Translations under genes and position numbers: made by a program | In this document: positions 1-10,773 of the stretch, in pieces | How the letters are laid out: every line of letters starts with the position of its first letter | How positions within the stretch are numbered: position 1 is the stretch's first letter | DNA from: an uncultured Methylomirabilota bacterium | GTDB lineage: Bacteria > Methylomirabilota > Methylomirabilia > Methylomirabilales > 2-02-FULL-66-22 | Reading direction: 5' to 3' | Assembly: GCA_963705305.1 (NCBI GenBank) | Contig: OY970067.1 | Coordinates: 1,248,001-1,312,000, forward strand | DNA length: 64,000 nucleotides | Notes under the pieces: generated by a model | The model's database searches: none | Seen by the model: the letters and a program-made list of their open reading frames with translations, nothing else | What the model was told of the DNA's origin: nothing

Positions 1-829
1 CTCTGCCTCGAGGCGCACTGCCATGAATTCTGATGTGGGAGCCTGCGGCCCGAGAACACGGTGGCGGCAACAGGGGCAGTGCCCTTCCTTTGCGCGTGCT
101 TAGCCAAGGTTCCCCCGACGATCATTTGGAGCCGGTTCCACTTCCTGATGGATTCGGGCTTCTTCGGCAATCGGCCCGTCGAGTTCCTCGAGTGGGAGAG
201 TTGCGGGTATATCGTCGTGGCCAAAGAGTATGCCGTCATCAAGACCCGAGCACAGGCCGTTCGGTTCGCGCATATCCAGAACGGCTGGGGGGCAGGGGAG
301 TTCCGTTACCAATTGCACCGCTGAGAGCAACTCCCTCGCTTCATGCTGGTCCGACGGCCTATCCCCGAGGACACAGCCGAGGCGGAGTAGATCACCCTCT
401 CCAAGGACGTGAAGTATGTGTACCACCTGTTTGTGACCCACCTGCCCCTCAGCCCCTGGTGGACCTATCGATTTTACAACCCCCCTGGCCACCATCGAGA
501 AGAACATCCGAGAGTTCTTGCACGACTATCCGGTGGGCAAGATCCCAACGGACAAAGGGACCGCCAATGTTGCCTTCTTCCGGCTCCTTCTGCTTGCCGC
601 GGACATTGTCCATTGGCCCAAACAACTCTGTTTGATCTCCACCTACCTCATGACCACGTTGGGCACCATCCGCATCGATTTTCTGGTGCTCATGGCTCGT
701 CTGGTGCGCGAGCACAAGCAGACTGTCGTCAAGCTGCCGCGGGATTACCACTACCGGACCGAGCTCCTGGCGGCGATGCGCGCCACCGAACGGATGCGGC
801 CCCCTCGCATCCTTCGTTTCTGCAAGTAA
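1..829 (+). pseudogene. IS1380-family transposase, frameshifted C-terminal part (truncated at window start)
   Basis: Pieces in different frames join into DSGFF...YIVVAK...YHLFVTHL...TIEKNIREF..DY....IPT....AN..FF.LLLLA, the IS1380 DDE C-terminal pattern; several stops and frameshifts. Confidence 0.75.
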
Positions 830-1013
830 GCCGGCTGCCCTCTCCGTCTAAGCCCGTGTCGAAAAAGTCGGATTCGTGCAATTTTGAGTTATATACACAC
901 CCTCCCTTGATTACCGGTTCTATCGTTTGGTGCGAGTTCTGGCTAGCACGCGCCCCCCCTTGCGCTCGGTTCCGACCAGCCGAGCGCGTACGAACAAGGC
1001 TTCCAGCGACAAC

Positions 1014-2039
1014 CTAAGCCTTCGTCATTTTCATCACCCTATCGACGAGATCGGCACCGATTTTGTCGCGAAACTCTGCATAGACCGGCTGCATCGCTTT
1101 CTGAAAGGCTGCGAAATCCGTGGCAGTGACCGTCATCCCGTTCTTCTCGCAGAATTTCCGACTTTCCTCCGTTCCATCCGCGATGAGCTTGCGCCAGATG
1201 GGCTGGACCTCCTTGGCTGCCTCCCGAATTGCCTCCTGCTCCTTGGGCTCGAGAGAGTCCAGTTTGGCCTTGCTGGCTGCCAGAATAGCCGGGTTGTAGA
1301 CATGGTTGCTCAGCGCGATGTACCTGGAGACCTCGTATAGCTTATAGCCGACCACTGCCACCAGAGGCATCTCACACCCATCCACCGTGTTCTGCGAAAG
1401 CCCCATGTAAAGCTCAGAGGTATCGAGCGTGATGGGGATAGCACCGGCTGCCTTGATCATTGCGGCAAATATGGGACTGGGCTGGATGCGGATTTTAAGA
1501 CCGTTGAGGTCGGCCGGCTGCTTAACTGGCTGTCTGCGCGTTTCGAAGTCACGCCAACCCAAGGTACCCCAGGTGAGGCCGTAGAGGCCCCCGGGGATCA
1601 TGTCGGTCAACAGTCCCTGTCCGACCGGTCCGTCCAGAAGACGCTCCGCGGAGGGGGCATCCTTAAAGAGGAACGGAAGATCGAAAACTTGCATTCGCGG
1701 GAAAAAGGATGAGAAGCTGCCCGTCGTTGTCTGCACGAAATCGACAATTCCCGTCTGCACCCCGGATATAACGTTCACGGTGGTGCCGAGCTGCGAGCCC
1801 GAGAACACGTGGATCTTGATCGCACCTGCTGTTCGCTCCTCGACTAGCTGGGCGAACCGCAACATGGCTTGATGGGCTGGATGCTGCGGGGTATCAGTAT
1901 GGCCGAGCTTCAGTATGATTGGCCGGGCAGCCCGCGCCACCCGGGGTGCAGCAAGGTTGAGGACCGTGGAGCCAACGCCGCCTGCCACTGCGTAGGTGAT
2001 GCTGCGGGTGATGAACTGCCGTCGGTTGATGCGTCTCAT
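1014..2039 (-). CDS. dctP: TRAP transporter substrate-binding protein DctP with twin-arginine signal
   Basis: NRRQF Tat motif; SQLG, DLPFLF, DLNGLKIR, ELYMGLSQNTVDG motifs; ATG 2039 after a GGAGG SD. Confidence 0.92.
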   Translation of the reverse strand: MRRINRRQFITRSITYAVAGGVGSTVLNLAAPRVARAARPIILKLGHTDTPQHPAHQAMLRFAQLVEERTAGAIKIHVFSGSQLGTTVNVISGVQTGIVDFVQTTTGSFSSFFPRMQVFDLPFLFKDAPSAERLLDGPVGQGLLTDMIPGGLYGLTWGTLGWRDFETRRQPVKQPADLNGLKIRIQPSPIFAAMIKAAGAIPITLDTSELYMGLSQNTVDGCEMPLVAVVGYKLYEVSRYIALSNHVYNPAILAASKAKLDSLEPKEQEAIREAAKEVQPIWRKLIADGTEESRKFCEKNGMTVTATDFAAFQKAMQPVYAEFRDKIGADLVDRVMKMTKA

Positions 2040-2622
2040 GGTCCCGCCTCCTTTGCTTGTCCGTTGGATCGTCTCCAAGTTGGTGAGATTGACACCCCCA
2101 TACGGGAGGCTCGACTTTCACTACCAAACGCCCAAAGGTCCGGGCCTTTTGATTCTATCGACCCCACAGCCGAGAAGTTGTCTGCATGTCGGCCAGCAAA
2201 CCCTTTCGGGCAAAGCACGCCGAAGACCTTGGTGGCGAGCGGACAGCGGGTGTCTGCAATAGATCGATAGATCTGTCGCCCTGGAATTCCCGATATGGTC
2301 CCATGTTCTCCTCTTCTTATGCTCCCTGAGCGCCGCCCCATCTCCACCCAGCCATTCGGCCCGTCCCTCAGAGGCGATAAAGACCCTTTTCGGACTGCCT
2401 GCCCACCATGGACCACATGCTCCAAGGCTCGCCACCGGTGAACCACCCGCGTCAGCAGCCCCTCCTCCGGCTCCGACCCCGCTTCTCACGACCCTCCCTC
2501 TGGATACCGTTGGCTGCGTGATGTCCGGTGGTGCGATGTCTCACCGAAATGCATCTTTTGGTTTGTCGCGAACCACACCGAATTTGCGCTCCCTTTGATA
2601 GATGGCGCTCTAACTGCTCACT

Positions 2623-3519
2623 TCATGTTCTAAGAGGCAAACCGATTGCGGCATGCGCTGCCACGCACTGCTTCGCCTCCTCTGGACTGAGTCGGGGGAG
2701 CGGGGCGACGACCGTGTCGCCCATCAGTCCGAGGGCGCGGGCGATGACCTTGAAAGTGTGGATAGGCGCCCGAGCCCGTAACGTCATCAATTCGTTGAGG
2801 CGGTCCTGCGCGGCCCAGACATTTGCCATCTCCTTTCGGAGCGCAGCATTGTACATACCAACCAACAGATCAGGCCAGATGTTGGCGTGGCCAGAGACCA
2901 GTCCGTCGGCATTGGCGAGCAGGCTAACTCCGGCGTACGCTTGGTTTCCCTGGAAGACGACGAAACCTGGCGGGCGTTGTCGGAGGAGGAGCATCTGATC
3001 TTCAAACCAGTCGCCCGCGGTGTCCTTAATTCCGACGATGTTCGGCACAGCGGCCAGCTCGAGCATCAACTCCGCCTTCATCGCGACGTGGGTATTCTGT
3101 GGAATGTTGTACGCAAGGATGGGCTTATCTGTAGCGCTCGCCACTCGGCGGAAATGCTCGCGCAAATCCCGAGGAGCGAAACCACCATAGTAGTAGGGTG
3201 TCGTCACAACGTAGGCTGCAATCTCGGGAAGGGCCAGCCGAGTCATCTCCTCGATCACTCGCTCGGTACCACATTCCAGCACACCGGCGATTACTGGCAC
3301 TCGGCCGGCCGCTGCAGCCACCGTCACTTCTGCCAGCTTCCGCCTCTCGGAGGGTCGCAGGAACGCTCCCTCGCCGATGCTCCCCAGGATGAAGAGTCCA
3401 TGGACGCCGTGCCCTATGAGAAAATTGACAAGACGTTCAACTGCCGGCCCGTCGATCCGCTCCTCCGGCGAGAGTGGAGTCAGCATCGGAGGAATGATGC
3501 CCGCAAATCTTGTGCCCAT
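2623..3519 (-). CDS. Dihydrodipicolinate synthase (DapA/NAL/KDG aldolase) family protein
   Basis: GSIGE, YNIPQNT and GIKDT (Schiff-base Lys) motifs. Confidence 0.92.
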   Translation of the reverse strand: MGTRFAGIIPPMLTPLSPEERIDGPAVERLVNFLIGHGVHGLFILGSIGEGAFLRPSERRKLAEVTVAAAAGRVPVIAGVLECGTERVIEEMTRLALPEIAAYVVTTPYYYGGFAPRDLREHFRRVASATDKPILAYNIPQNTHVAMKAELMLELAAVPNIVGIKDTAGDWFEDQMLLLRQRPPGFVVFQGNQAYAGVSLLANADGLVSGHANIWPDLLVGMYNAALRKEMANVWAAQDRLNELMTLRARAPIHTFKVIARALGLMGDTVVAPLPRLSPEEAKQCVAAHAAIGLPLRT

Positions 3520-3551
3520 CCAGCACTCCTTGCTTGGTTGTCGGAGTTGGC

Positions 3552-4412
3552 TTACGTGATGCTCAGCCTATAGGCTTTGATCGCGTTGCCCCCAAAGATC
3601 TTAGCCTTCGCCACCGACGATACGGCTCCCAGACATGAATCCAGCGCGGCCTTAATCCGGGCATAGGTTCCCCCCAGCAGACACACCGGCCAGTCGGAGC
3701 CGAATATGAGCCGGTCTTCACCGAACCAGTTTCTCACCGCCGTGACGTAGGGTGAGAAATCGGTTGCCTTCCAGCGGGCCAGATCGGCCTCCGTCACCAT
3801 GCCGGAGAGCTTGCACCACACGTTGGGCTGCTCCGCGAACGGTGCTATCCTGGCGCTCCAGACTGTCATCTCTCGTCCCGCTATGTCTGGTTTGGCAATG
3901 TGCTCGATCACGAACCGGAGGCTAGGGAAGCGACGCACGGCTTCAAGTGCCGCAGGCAGCTCACGCGGCCGGACGAGGAGATCGAATGTGATCCCTGCAG
4001 CTTGCACGGCGGCGAGGCCGCGCTGCACGTCGTCCCGAAGGATCCAGCTGGGATCCGTCTCGTCGTGAAGCTTGTGGCGCACGCCAACAAGATACTCGCC
4101 ACCGCGCCCGCTCTGAAGTTCCGCGAGGCCAGTAGCAACCGACCGGCTCGTCAGGTCCACCCAGCCGATCACTCCGGCAATGAAGTCGGTCTCGGCGGCA
4201 AGAGCGAGCCATTCTCGGGTCTCGTCCATGGGAATCCGCGTTTGGACCAGAATCGTCGCGTCGATTCCATTCTCAGCGAGCACTGGCCGAAACTCCTCCA
4301 CCATGAACCGCTTCTTCAGGACGAGTTTCGGCCCAGTCATCCACGGGTACTCGAAGTGGTCCGGATCCACGAAATGGTGGTGCGAGTCAACTACGGGAGT
4401 CTTTATCGCCAT
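3552..4412 (-). CDS. Amidohydrolase_2 family, sugar-lactonase-like
   Basis: DSHHHF, EHIAKP, CKLSG and FGSDWPVC motifs typical of L-fuconolactonase-like enzymes. Confidence 0.88.
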   Translation of the reverse strand: MAIKTPVVDSHHHFVDPDHFEYPWMTGPKLVLKKRFMVEEFRPVLAENGIDATILVQTRIPMDETREWLALAAETDFIAGVIGWVDLTSRSVATGLAELQSGRGGEYLVGVRHKLHDETDPSWILRDDVQRGLAAVQAAGITFDLLVRPRELPAALEAVRRFPSLRFVIEHIAKPDIAGREMTVWSARIAPFAEQPNVWCKLSGMVTEADLARWKATDFSPYVTAVRNWFGEDRLIFGSDWPVCLLGGTYARIKAALDSCLGAVSSVAKAKIFGGNAIKAYRLSIT

Positions 4413-4441
4413 CGCAGCGACTCCTTAAGGCCGGGCCCCGA

Positions 4442-5554
4442 CTACATCCGGCCGCCTGCGAGGTGAGGGGGAACCTCAAGGCACAACTCCTTGGCCAGGG
4501 CGAGCAGGTCCTGGACGACCGGAATCGGGACCTGAATGCCTCGCAGCCGCTGTTCCTCCGCCTTCCGCGCCTCCGGCTCCCCGGGGACGAGGATCTCGTC
4601 AACTCCTTCCATCCGCGGGGTCGCCTTTAGGAGATCGATCATCTGATCAACCCGCGCCTTGAAGGTGCGCAGGTCGCCGAAGTGTGCAATATCGATGGCC
4701 AGGTGGAAATGTCCATTGCCCACTGCAGACTCGGGCGCCGAAAACCAGTTCGGGATCTCGGTCAGGATCTTGGCGCCCGGCAACACGCCAGAGAAGATCT
4801 CGCCGATCACCGCAAGCCCGTACCCTTTGTACCCAAGGGGCAGGAGCGCACCTCCGCGGGGGAGATCGTTCGGATCGTCGGTCTGCTTTCCGTCCTTGTT
4901 GACAACCCAGTCGAGCGGAATTGTCTCTCCTTTCTTGGCAGCCAGCCGCACGCGGCCACCGGCTACCACGCTCATCGCCATGTCCAGCACGACGGGCGGG
5001 TGGCGAAGGGCCGGCACGGCCACCGCCAGCGGATTGTTGCAGATCCGATTCGTGCGTCCGCCCCACGGCGCCATCCCGGGAAAGCTGTTCGTCCAGCCAA
5101 CCCCGATCATGTCGGCGCCGAGGGCCATCATTGGATAATAAGCGCAGGCGCCGATGAAGTCGCTATTCCGCGCCACCACGCAGCCGATGCCTGCCACCCG
5201 CGCTTTTTCCACCGCGACCCGCATGCAGTAGATGGCCGTCACCTGCCCTAGCGCCCGGTCCCCGTCTACCACCGCCGTCGCGGCGTCGTCTCGGACGACA
5301 CGGACGGCCGGCCTGGGATTGGCGCCCCCCTTCTGCACGCGGGCGACCAGGAAAGGGAGCCGAATCACACCGTGCGAGTAGGTGCCCCGGAGATCTGCCT
5401 GGACCAGCGTGTCCGAGACCGCACCCGCATTCGCCGGATCGAGCCCGACGCGTTCAAACGCGGCTTGGGCGAGCCGCTGCAGGTCTTCGGCCGGAATGCG
5501 TACGCACCTCTCATCGCCGTCCCCCCTGCTAGAAAGGGCTGGAGAGGATGCCAT
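4442..5554 (-). CDS. Ldh_2 family oxidoreductase (malate/L-lactate/ureidoglycolate dehydrogenase-like)
   Basis: ADLRGTYSHG, NNPLA, LDMAMS, YKGYGL and PGEPE motifs; start placed at ATG 5554. Confidence 0.9.
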   Translation of the reverse strand: MASSPALSSRGDGDERCVRIPAEDLQRLAQAAFERVGLDPANAGAVSDTLVQADLRGTYSHGVIRLPFLVARVQKGGANPRPAVRVVRDDAATAVVDGDRALGQVTAIYCMRVAVEKARVAGIGCVVARNSDFIGACAYYPMMALGADMIGVGWTNSFPGMAPWGGRTNRICNNPLAVAVPALRHPPVVLDMAMSVVAGGRVRLAAKKGETIPLDWVVNKDGKQTDDPNDLPRGGALLPLGYKGYGLAVIGEIFSGVLPGAKILTEIPNWFSAPESAVGNGHFHLAIDIAHFGDLRTFKARVDQMIDLLKATPRMEGVDEILVPGEPEARKAEEQRLRGIQVPIPVVQDLLALAKELCLEVPPHLAGGRM

Positions 5555-5598
5555 AGCTCTCTTCCTCCTTGTCACGGCGTCTCTCTTCAGGTGTCCGC

Positions 5599-6405
5599 TC
5601 ACCGCCGCTCGCGCACGGGCGTGACGATCTGGTCGATGTATTGCTTGCACAAGTTCCGGAAGTTGACGATATCGTTCCGGAGGATGATCGCTTTCACCCC
5701 GTAGTTGGCAAGCTTCTTGACCTGCTCCAGGGTGGGCGGAGCTGCAGGGCTCATCAACGCGATCCTCCGTTCGCGTGCCTTGCGCACCAGCTTTTCAAAG
5801 CGCTCCAGAATCGGTGGGGCGTCCATCTGGTAGAGGAGCGAGAGGCCTAGCGACATTGCCAGATCGGTGGGTCCGAAATTGATCATGTCCAGGCCGTCTA
5901 CCTGAAAGATCTCGTCGATGTTATCGAAGAACTCCTTGTCTTCGGCGAGGCCGATCACCACTGTATCGTTGTTCGTCTTCTTGACGAACGCCTCCCAGTT
6001 GAAGTCTCTAGCCGCCGCATATTCGGCAGTCCGCACATCGGAAGAGGCCCCTCGAATACCGCGCGGCGGGAACTTGGCGAAGCGCACCGCCTTCTCAGCA
6101 TCTTCCCGAGTTCGCATGTGAGGAACGACGACGCCGTCCACCCCCATCTCAAAAGCGTTCCGCACGAGGTGCTCGTCGTTACCCTTCACCCGGATTACGA
6201 CCGACACCCCGGATACGTCGGCGGCGCGCATGATGTGCTCGAGGTGGCCGTCTACCGCTAGAGGGGTGTGCTCCGAGTCGAGGAAGATGAAGTCGAAACC
6301 GGAATAGCCGATGACCTCCACGATGGTCGGGCTCGACGTGTAGACCGCCATCCCGAAGATCGGTCCTTCGGACTGCAGTTTCTGTCGGAACTTGTTCTCG
6401 CGCAT
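5599..6405 (-). CDS. HpcH/HpaI class II aldolase
   Basis: GFDFIFLDSEH, KFPPRGIRG and GPTDL motifs; ATG 6405 after AAGGAGG. Confidence 0.9.
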   Translation of the reverse strand: MRENKFRQKLQSEGPIFGMAVYTSSPTIVEVIGYSGFDFIFLDSEHTPLAVDGHLEHIMRAADVSGVSVVIRVKGNDEHLVRNAFEMGVDGVVVPHMRTREDAEKAVRFAKFPPRGIRGASSDVRTAEYAAARDFNWEAFVKKTNNDTVVIGLAEDKEFFDNIDEIFQVDGLDMINFGPTDLAMSLGLSLLYQMDAPPILERFEKLVRKARERRIALMSPAAPPTLEQVKKLANYGVKAIILRNDIVNFRNLCKQYIDQIVTPVRERR

Positions 6406-6445
6406 GGGAGCCTCCTTGAGTGAGAGCGTGAACATCAACGAAAAT

Positions 6446-7306
6446 CTATGCTGCGCCGTCTTCTTCCGGAAAACTCTCTGTGAGAGACCAGCGGTAGACT
6501 GGTCGGTAGTTGAACGCCTTCTCTGCCTTGGCGCAACTGAGGAGAGAGTCATGCTCTGGCAAGGACCCCCGGATCTCCGTTCGGTCCCCGAAGTAGCGGC
6601 GCGCGAGCTCGTCCGCCGTCTCGGGGAGCACGATGCTGCCCGTGATATTGTAGGATCCAGGCGGCACGTCGGCCGTCTCCATCGCCAGCCGGCATGCGCG
6701 CGCACAGTCCCGGGCATCGTGTCGGGTCCAGAGCAGAAAGGTCCCAGTCTCTGGGCGCTGAGCGAGCTGCGCGATCTCGGCAGGTAGGCGTGCCGGCGTA
6801 CGCGCCGCCATGATCCGGAAGGAGAGGATTGTCAGCCCGTGGTTCGCTATGAAGTACTCCGCCGCCCGCTCGTTAGCGATTTTCGCAAGCGAGTACGGGT
6901 TGAGCGGGCGTAAAGGGTGCTCCTCATCCACCGGAACGTAAAGCGGCGGGTGTCGCTCAAAGCCGTAGACTTGCGCGCTGGACGCGGAGATGATCCGTCG
7001 GACCCCGAGGTCGGCGCACGCCTGGAACAGGTTGAAGGTGCCCTGCACGTTATCGGCGTAGGTGCGCGTGTGGGACACGATCCCCCAGTTCGACCACGCC
7101 CCCATGTGGACCACCGCCTCCGCTTTGGACATGGCCAGCGCCTCGTACACGTCACCGGCATTGATCAGGTCCGCACGCAGGTGCCGGCAGGACAAACCTG
7201 CGCCGGTCGAGCGCCCGATGCTCGTCACCTCATGGCCCGCCTGAGCGAACTCCTGGATAACGTACTGTCCGATGACTCCTGTCCCGCCCGTCACCAGTAC
7301 TCGCAC
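6446..7306 (-). CDS. NAD-dependent epimerase/dehydratase (extended SDR)
   Basis: TGGTGVIG and YSLAK motifs; GTG start after GGAGG. Confidence 0.88.
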   Translation of the reverse strand: MRVLVTGGTGVIGQYVIQEFAQAGHEVTSIGRSTGAGLSCRHLRADLINAGDVYEALAMSKAEAVVHMGAWSNWGIVSHTRTYADNVQGTFNLFQACADLGVRRIISASSAQVYGFERHPPLYVPVDEEHPLRPLNPYSLAKIANERAAEYFIANHGLTILSFRIMAARTPARLPAEIAQLAQRPETGTFLLWTRHDARDCARACRLAMETADVPPGSYNITGSIVLPETADELARRYFGDRTEIRGSLPEHDSLLSCAKAEKAFNYRPVYRWSLTESFPEEDGAA

Positions 7307-7365
7307 CGTCACCTCCACCTTCGGCCTGGGGCCGCGCCTGCTTGGCACTCGGCGCGCCCGATGAC

Positions 7366-7746
7366 CTACCTCACCTCGAGGATCCGCTTCACCCAATCCT
7401 TCCCGCCCACGCTCTTCGTGAACTCGTCGTACACGGGCCTCACGACCCTCTGCAACTCGCGCATATCAAGATGATGCCGTCGGAGGCCAAGGCGAGGGCG
7501 CTCTCCACCGCTCGCGGCGCCAAATCTACCAAGAACTCGACGCCGATGTGCCCCCCGGTTCATCGTAATGGAGAACCCGAGAAACGAAAGCGAGATGAAG
7601 AGGAACCGCACGGCCTCTTCGGACCAGGCCAGGGACCCGCCGAGGGCATAGCGCACGAGAACTTGCGCAAAGGCCACGGCGGTGATCACTGCATAGAGTA
7701 TCGAGACCACGATGCTCAAGCCTCTGTCGATCCATTTGAGGGCCAT
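7366..7746 (-). pseudogene. Deletion chimera: TRAP small permease DctQ N-terminus joined to a DctP C-terminus
   Basis: N-terminal QVLVRY...WSEE.VRFLFI..SFLG....GAH is DctQ-like; the tail VRPVYDEF...VG.DWVKRI resembles the end of DctP at 1014 (MQPVYAEF...IGADLVDRV). Confidence 0.7.
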
Positions 7747-7791
7747 CCAAACCTCCCTGCGCTATTTGCTGCTGCCGCGGTCCGGTCCTTC

Positions 7792-8553
7792 CTACCCCAC
7801 CATGCTTTCGCCGCCGTTCGGGCACAGCACCTGCCCTGCGTAAAACCCACCCGCTGTTGAGGCAAGGAGCACCGTCGTGAAGGCGATCTCGTCCGGGAGC
7901 GCCGCACGGCCCAATGGCACCTCGGCGTTCCGCCGCCGCCGCCACTCCTGCCCGCGGTGCGCGGCGATCTCCGTCAAGGTGGTCCCCGGTGCGATGCTAT
8001 TCACAGTGATCCCATGCGGCGCGAGTTCATGCGCTAGGGCCCTGGTGAAGGAGATCACGCCGCCCTTAGCCGCACAGTAGTGCACGAGGCCCATCACGAG
8101 CTTGAAGTTCTGTGCCGACACGGAACTGATATTGATAATGCGCCCCGCGCGCCGTGCGATCATCGAGGGCACCACCTCGCGGGTCACCAGGAACACCCCC
8201 GTCAGGTCCACGTCGATGGTCCGCTGCCATTCGGCGAGCGACATCTGTTGCAGGGTGCAGGAGGAGGCAATGCCGGCGTTGTTGACCAAGATGTCGATTG
8301 GGCCGAGCGCCGCGACTGCCTCTTCGACGAACCGCCTGACGTCCAGTTCCTTCGACACGTCTCCATGCACTGCCAGGGACCGGCAGCCCAGCCCCCGGAC
8401 GGCCTCCGCAACCCCGTTCGCCTGGTCCTTGTGCGTCAGGTAGTTCACCGCCACGTCCGCCCCGTGCCTCGCCAGCGCCATGGCGATGGCTTTCCCAATC
8501 CCCCGTGCTGCCCCGGTGACCAACGCCACTTTGCCTCGGACGGAGAAGCTCAC
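7792..8553 (-). CDS. Short-chain dehydrogenase/reductase, FabG-like
   Basis: TGAARGIG, NNAG, YCAAK and NSIAPG motifs. Confidence 0.92.
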   Translation of the reverse strand: MSFSVRGKVALVTGAARGIGKAIAMALARHGADVAVNYLTHKDQANGVAEAVRGLGCRSLAVHGDVSKELDVRRFVEEAVAALGPIDILVNNAGIASSCTLQQMSLAEWQRTIDVDLTGVFLVTREVVPSMIARRAGRIINISSVSAQNFKLVMGLVHYCAAKGGVISFTRALAHELAPHGITVNSIAPGTTLTEIAAHRGQEWRRRRNAEVPLGRAALPDEIAFTTVLLASTAGGFYAGQVLCPNGGESMVG

Positions 8554-8649
8554 CTCGGATCGGCTGCCCTGATCTTTCTCCCCGGCTCCCCGGCTCGCCT
8601 TCTTCGCGCCACCAGACCGTGCCCCCAATCTTCACACACCTCTCAGCCT

Positions 8650-8950
8650 TCACCCTTCGGCCGCGCCGGCCTCGAACCTACCGACAATCTGGCGCCGGAA
8701 GAACAGGAAGAGGATGATCGAGGGAATCGTCGTTAACGTCGCCGAAGGTGAGCCCCCTGACCAACATCGGCAGAACTTGTTTCGAATCGCTGCTGATGAA
8801 ACGAGCAGGTAGAGAAACATGGCCCACGACGTCACGAAGTTGTACGCGCCGGTGGCGCGAGCTCGAGCGCACAGCGGAAGGATGATCCGGAGGAACCTTC
8901 TTGTCCGAGACACGCCATCCATCATCGCCGCCTCTTCCGTTTCTCATAGC
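8650..8950 (-). pseudogene. Carbohydrate ABC permease C-terminal remnant
   Basis: EAAMMDG.S....F.RIILPL EAA loop and IP.IILFLFFRRQIV tail; no N-terminus. Confidence 0.65.
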
Positions 8951-9038
8951 TCGTCGCCATCCTCCGACTCGTCCTCCGCTCCCCCCTACGCCGTCTGGCC
9001 ATCAAGCAGGACGTGCTCACACGATATGAGTGCGCCGG

Positions 9039-9722
9039 TCACGGCGTCTCGCGTTCGGTAATCTGTTCGAGCAGGGCTCGCGAACTCATCTCGAGGTGCT
9101 CCCGCATCAACCGCTCGGCATGGTCGCCATCGCCAGCGCACATTGCCTCCAAGATAGACCGGTGATCCGAGGTCGATCGGGTGATGAAGCCCACGACGCG
9201 TGTATTCTGCGCCCGATAGCGGGCGACGCTGTCCCACAGGCCACGGATCATCTCGAGCAGCCGTCGGTTTCCGCTCTGTTCGTAGATGCTGAAATGAAAC
9301 GCGCGGTTGAGCGCGTCGATCCGCGCATAATCTGTTTGGTAGGGCTCGAGGATCGAGATCTCCTTGAGGTGTCCCTTGAGCGTTTTGATCGCATCGGCAG
9401 TGAGGTGCGAGACTGCCAACCGGGTAGCGAGTCCCTCTAAATTGATGCGGATCGTGTAAATCTCAACCACTTCTTGTGGTTCCAGTCCGAGCACGACTGT
9501 CCCGACGCATGGCTCCACGCGCAGATAGCCTTGCAGTTCTAACGTGCGGAACGCCTCTCGCACTGGCGTTCGGCTCACCTTCAACTGCCGGGCAACCTCG
9601 TCAAGGTTCACCTTTTGCCCGGCGACTAAGACTCCCTCGTGGATCGCGCGCTTGAGGGTATCCTCGACTAGCGTGCGTTTGCTCAAAAACCCCACGGCCC
9701 CGAGGGGGTTTATCTCCACCAC
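9039..9722 (-). CDS. GntR-family regulator with FCD domain
   Basis: VSRTPVREA helix; N..FH and H..I.EA FCD motifs. Confidence 0.92.
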   Translation of the reverse strand: MVEINPLGAVGFLSKRTLVEDTLKRAIHEGVLVAGQKVNLDEVARQLKVSRTPVREAFRTLELQGYLRVEPCVGTVVLGLEPQEVVEIYTIRINLEGLATRLAVSHLTADAIKTLKGHLKEISILEPYQTDYARIDALNRAFHFSIYEQSGNRRLLEMIRGLWDSVARYRAQNTRVVGFITRSTSDHRSILEAMCAGDGDHAERLMREHLEMSSRALLEQITERETP

Positions 9723-9748
9723 AGTGCCTCCATTCTTGGGTCTAGTTC

Positions 9749-10660
9749 TTATGGCATTCTCGTCTCAGCATCGGCTATGGCTCCCCGTGACAGGGCCGCG
9801 ACGAGTGGGATCACGTCACGGAGCTGTCGCGGCTTCTCCGTCGCACGCTCCACCACGCGGAGTGCGGCCGACCACTGCAGCTTCCGCCATGTCGCCTCCG
9901 TCATGACTGCATCAATCCCCTCCGCTCGGAGCAGCCTGAACACGCCCTCCATCTCCCCGGCGCGGCGGTGCGCGTGGACTGCGTGGCTCGTGATCAGAAG
10001 CTCGAAAAGCTGTTCTGGGGGTTGCGCCGCCAAGAACTCGACCAGCGACCGCATGATTGCTTCCCGGATCCCGAACGTCTCCGAAGCCACGAGGCATTCC
10101 AGAAGGACGGCCTCGAATCCTTTCGTGAACACGCTCCGGATCACCTTCAACGCAGAGGCCTGGCCTACCTCATGGCCAATCAACGTCAGCTGCATGTTGA
10201 ATCCGTTCAGAACAGACACGAGGGCCTCTGCTCGCGGGCCGGAAACCACGATCGGCACCCGGTGCCCGCTGAGCCGGGGAGACCCCAGGATCCCGCCGTC
10301 CACAAAGTCGCATCCTTGGGCCGCCACCAGACGCTCGATGTGTCGTTTCACAGCCGGCACGGCTGAGCTGAAGTCGGCGAAGATCTGGCCAGAGCGCAGA
10401 CTTGGAGCGACGTCGACGGCCGCCTCCAAGGCTGCAACTGGCACCGTGACCGAAATGATCACCTCGGCCCACTCGCCCAGGGTCTGGACAGTCTGCGCAA
10501 GTGGCACCCCCGTCTCCGCGCTCCGGCGCCGAATTCGTTCCCCGGCCGGTTCAACGTCCCAGTACTTGTCATACGCCATCACATCAGCACCGGCTAACTT
10601 TAGGTCTCCGGCGAAACAAGACCCAACCTCACCGAACCCAAGAATCCCAACGCGCTTCAT
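9749..10660 (-). CDS. NAD(P)-dependent oxidoreductase, 3-hydroxyisobutyrate/6-phosphogluconate dehydrogenase-like (DUF1932-type C-terminus)
   Basis: GILGFGEVG, GQASALKVIRSVFTKG and HA.RR..EM motifs. Confidence 0.85.
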   Translation of the reverse strand: MKRVGILGFGEVGSCFAGDLKLAGADVMAYDKYWDVEPAGERIRRRSAETGVPLAQTVQTLGEWAEVIISVTVPVAALEAAVDVAPSLRSGQIFADFSSAVPAVKRHIERLVAAQGCDFVDGGILGSPRLSGHRVPIVVSGPRAEALVSVLNGFNMQLTLIGHEVGQASALKVIRSVFTKGFEAVLLECLVASETFGIREAIMRSLVEFLAAQPPEQLFELLITSHAVHAHRRAGEMEGVFRLLRAEGIDAVMTEATWRKLQWSAALRVVERATEKPRQLRDVIPLVAALSRGAIADAETRMP

Positions 10661-10773
10661 GACCGCCTCCGCTGCATGGCACGTCGCTGTGACAAACGGC
10701 AGCCTTAGCCTATGATTTGCCGGAGTTCGCCCGTCGGCGTCGGCTTCATGGGCCTCCGTTCGTGGGCGAAATG

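Noticed and set aside
2080..2620. Possible gene or intron remnant between dctP and the DHDPS-like gene
   Set aside because: No convincing motif or RNA structure could be supported by eye.
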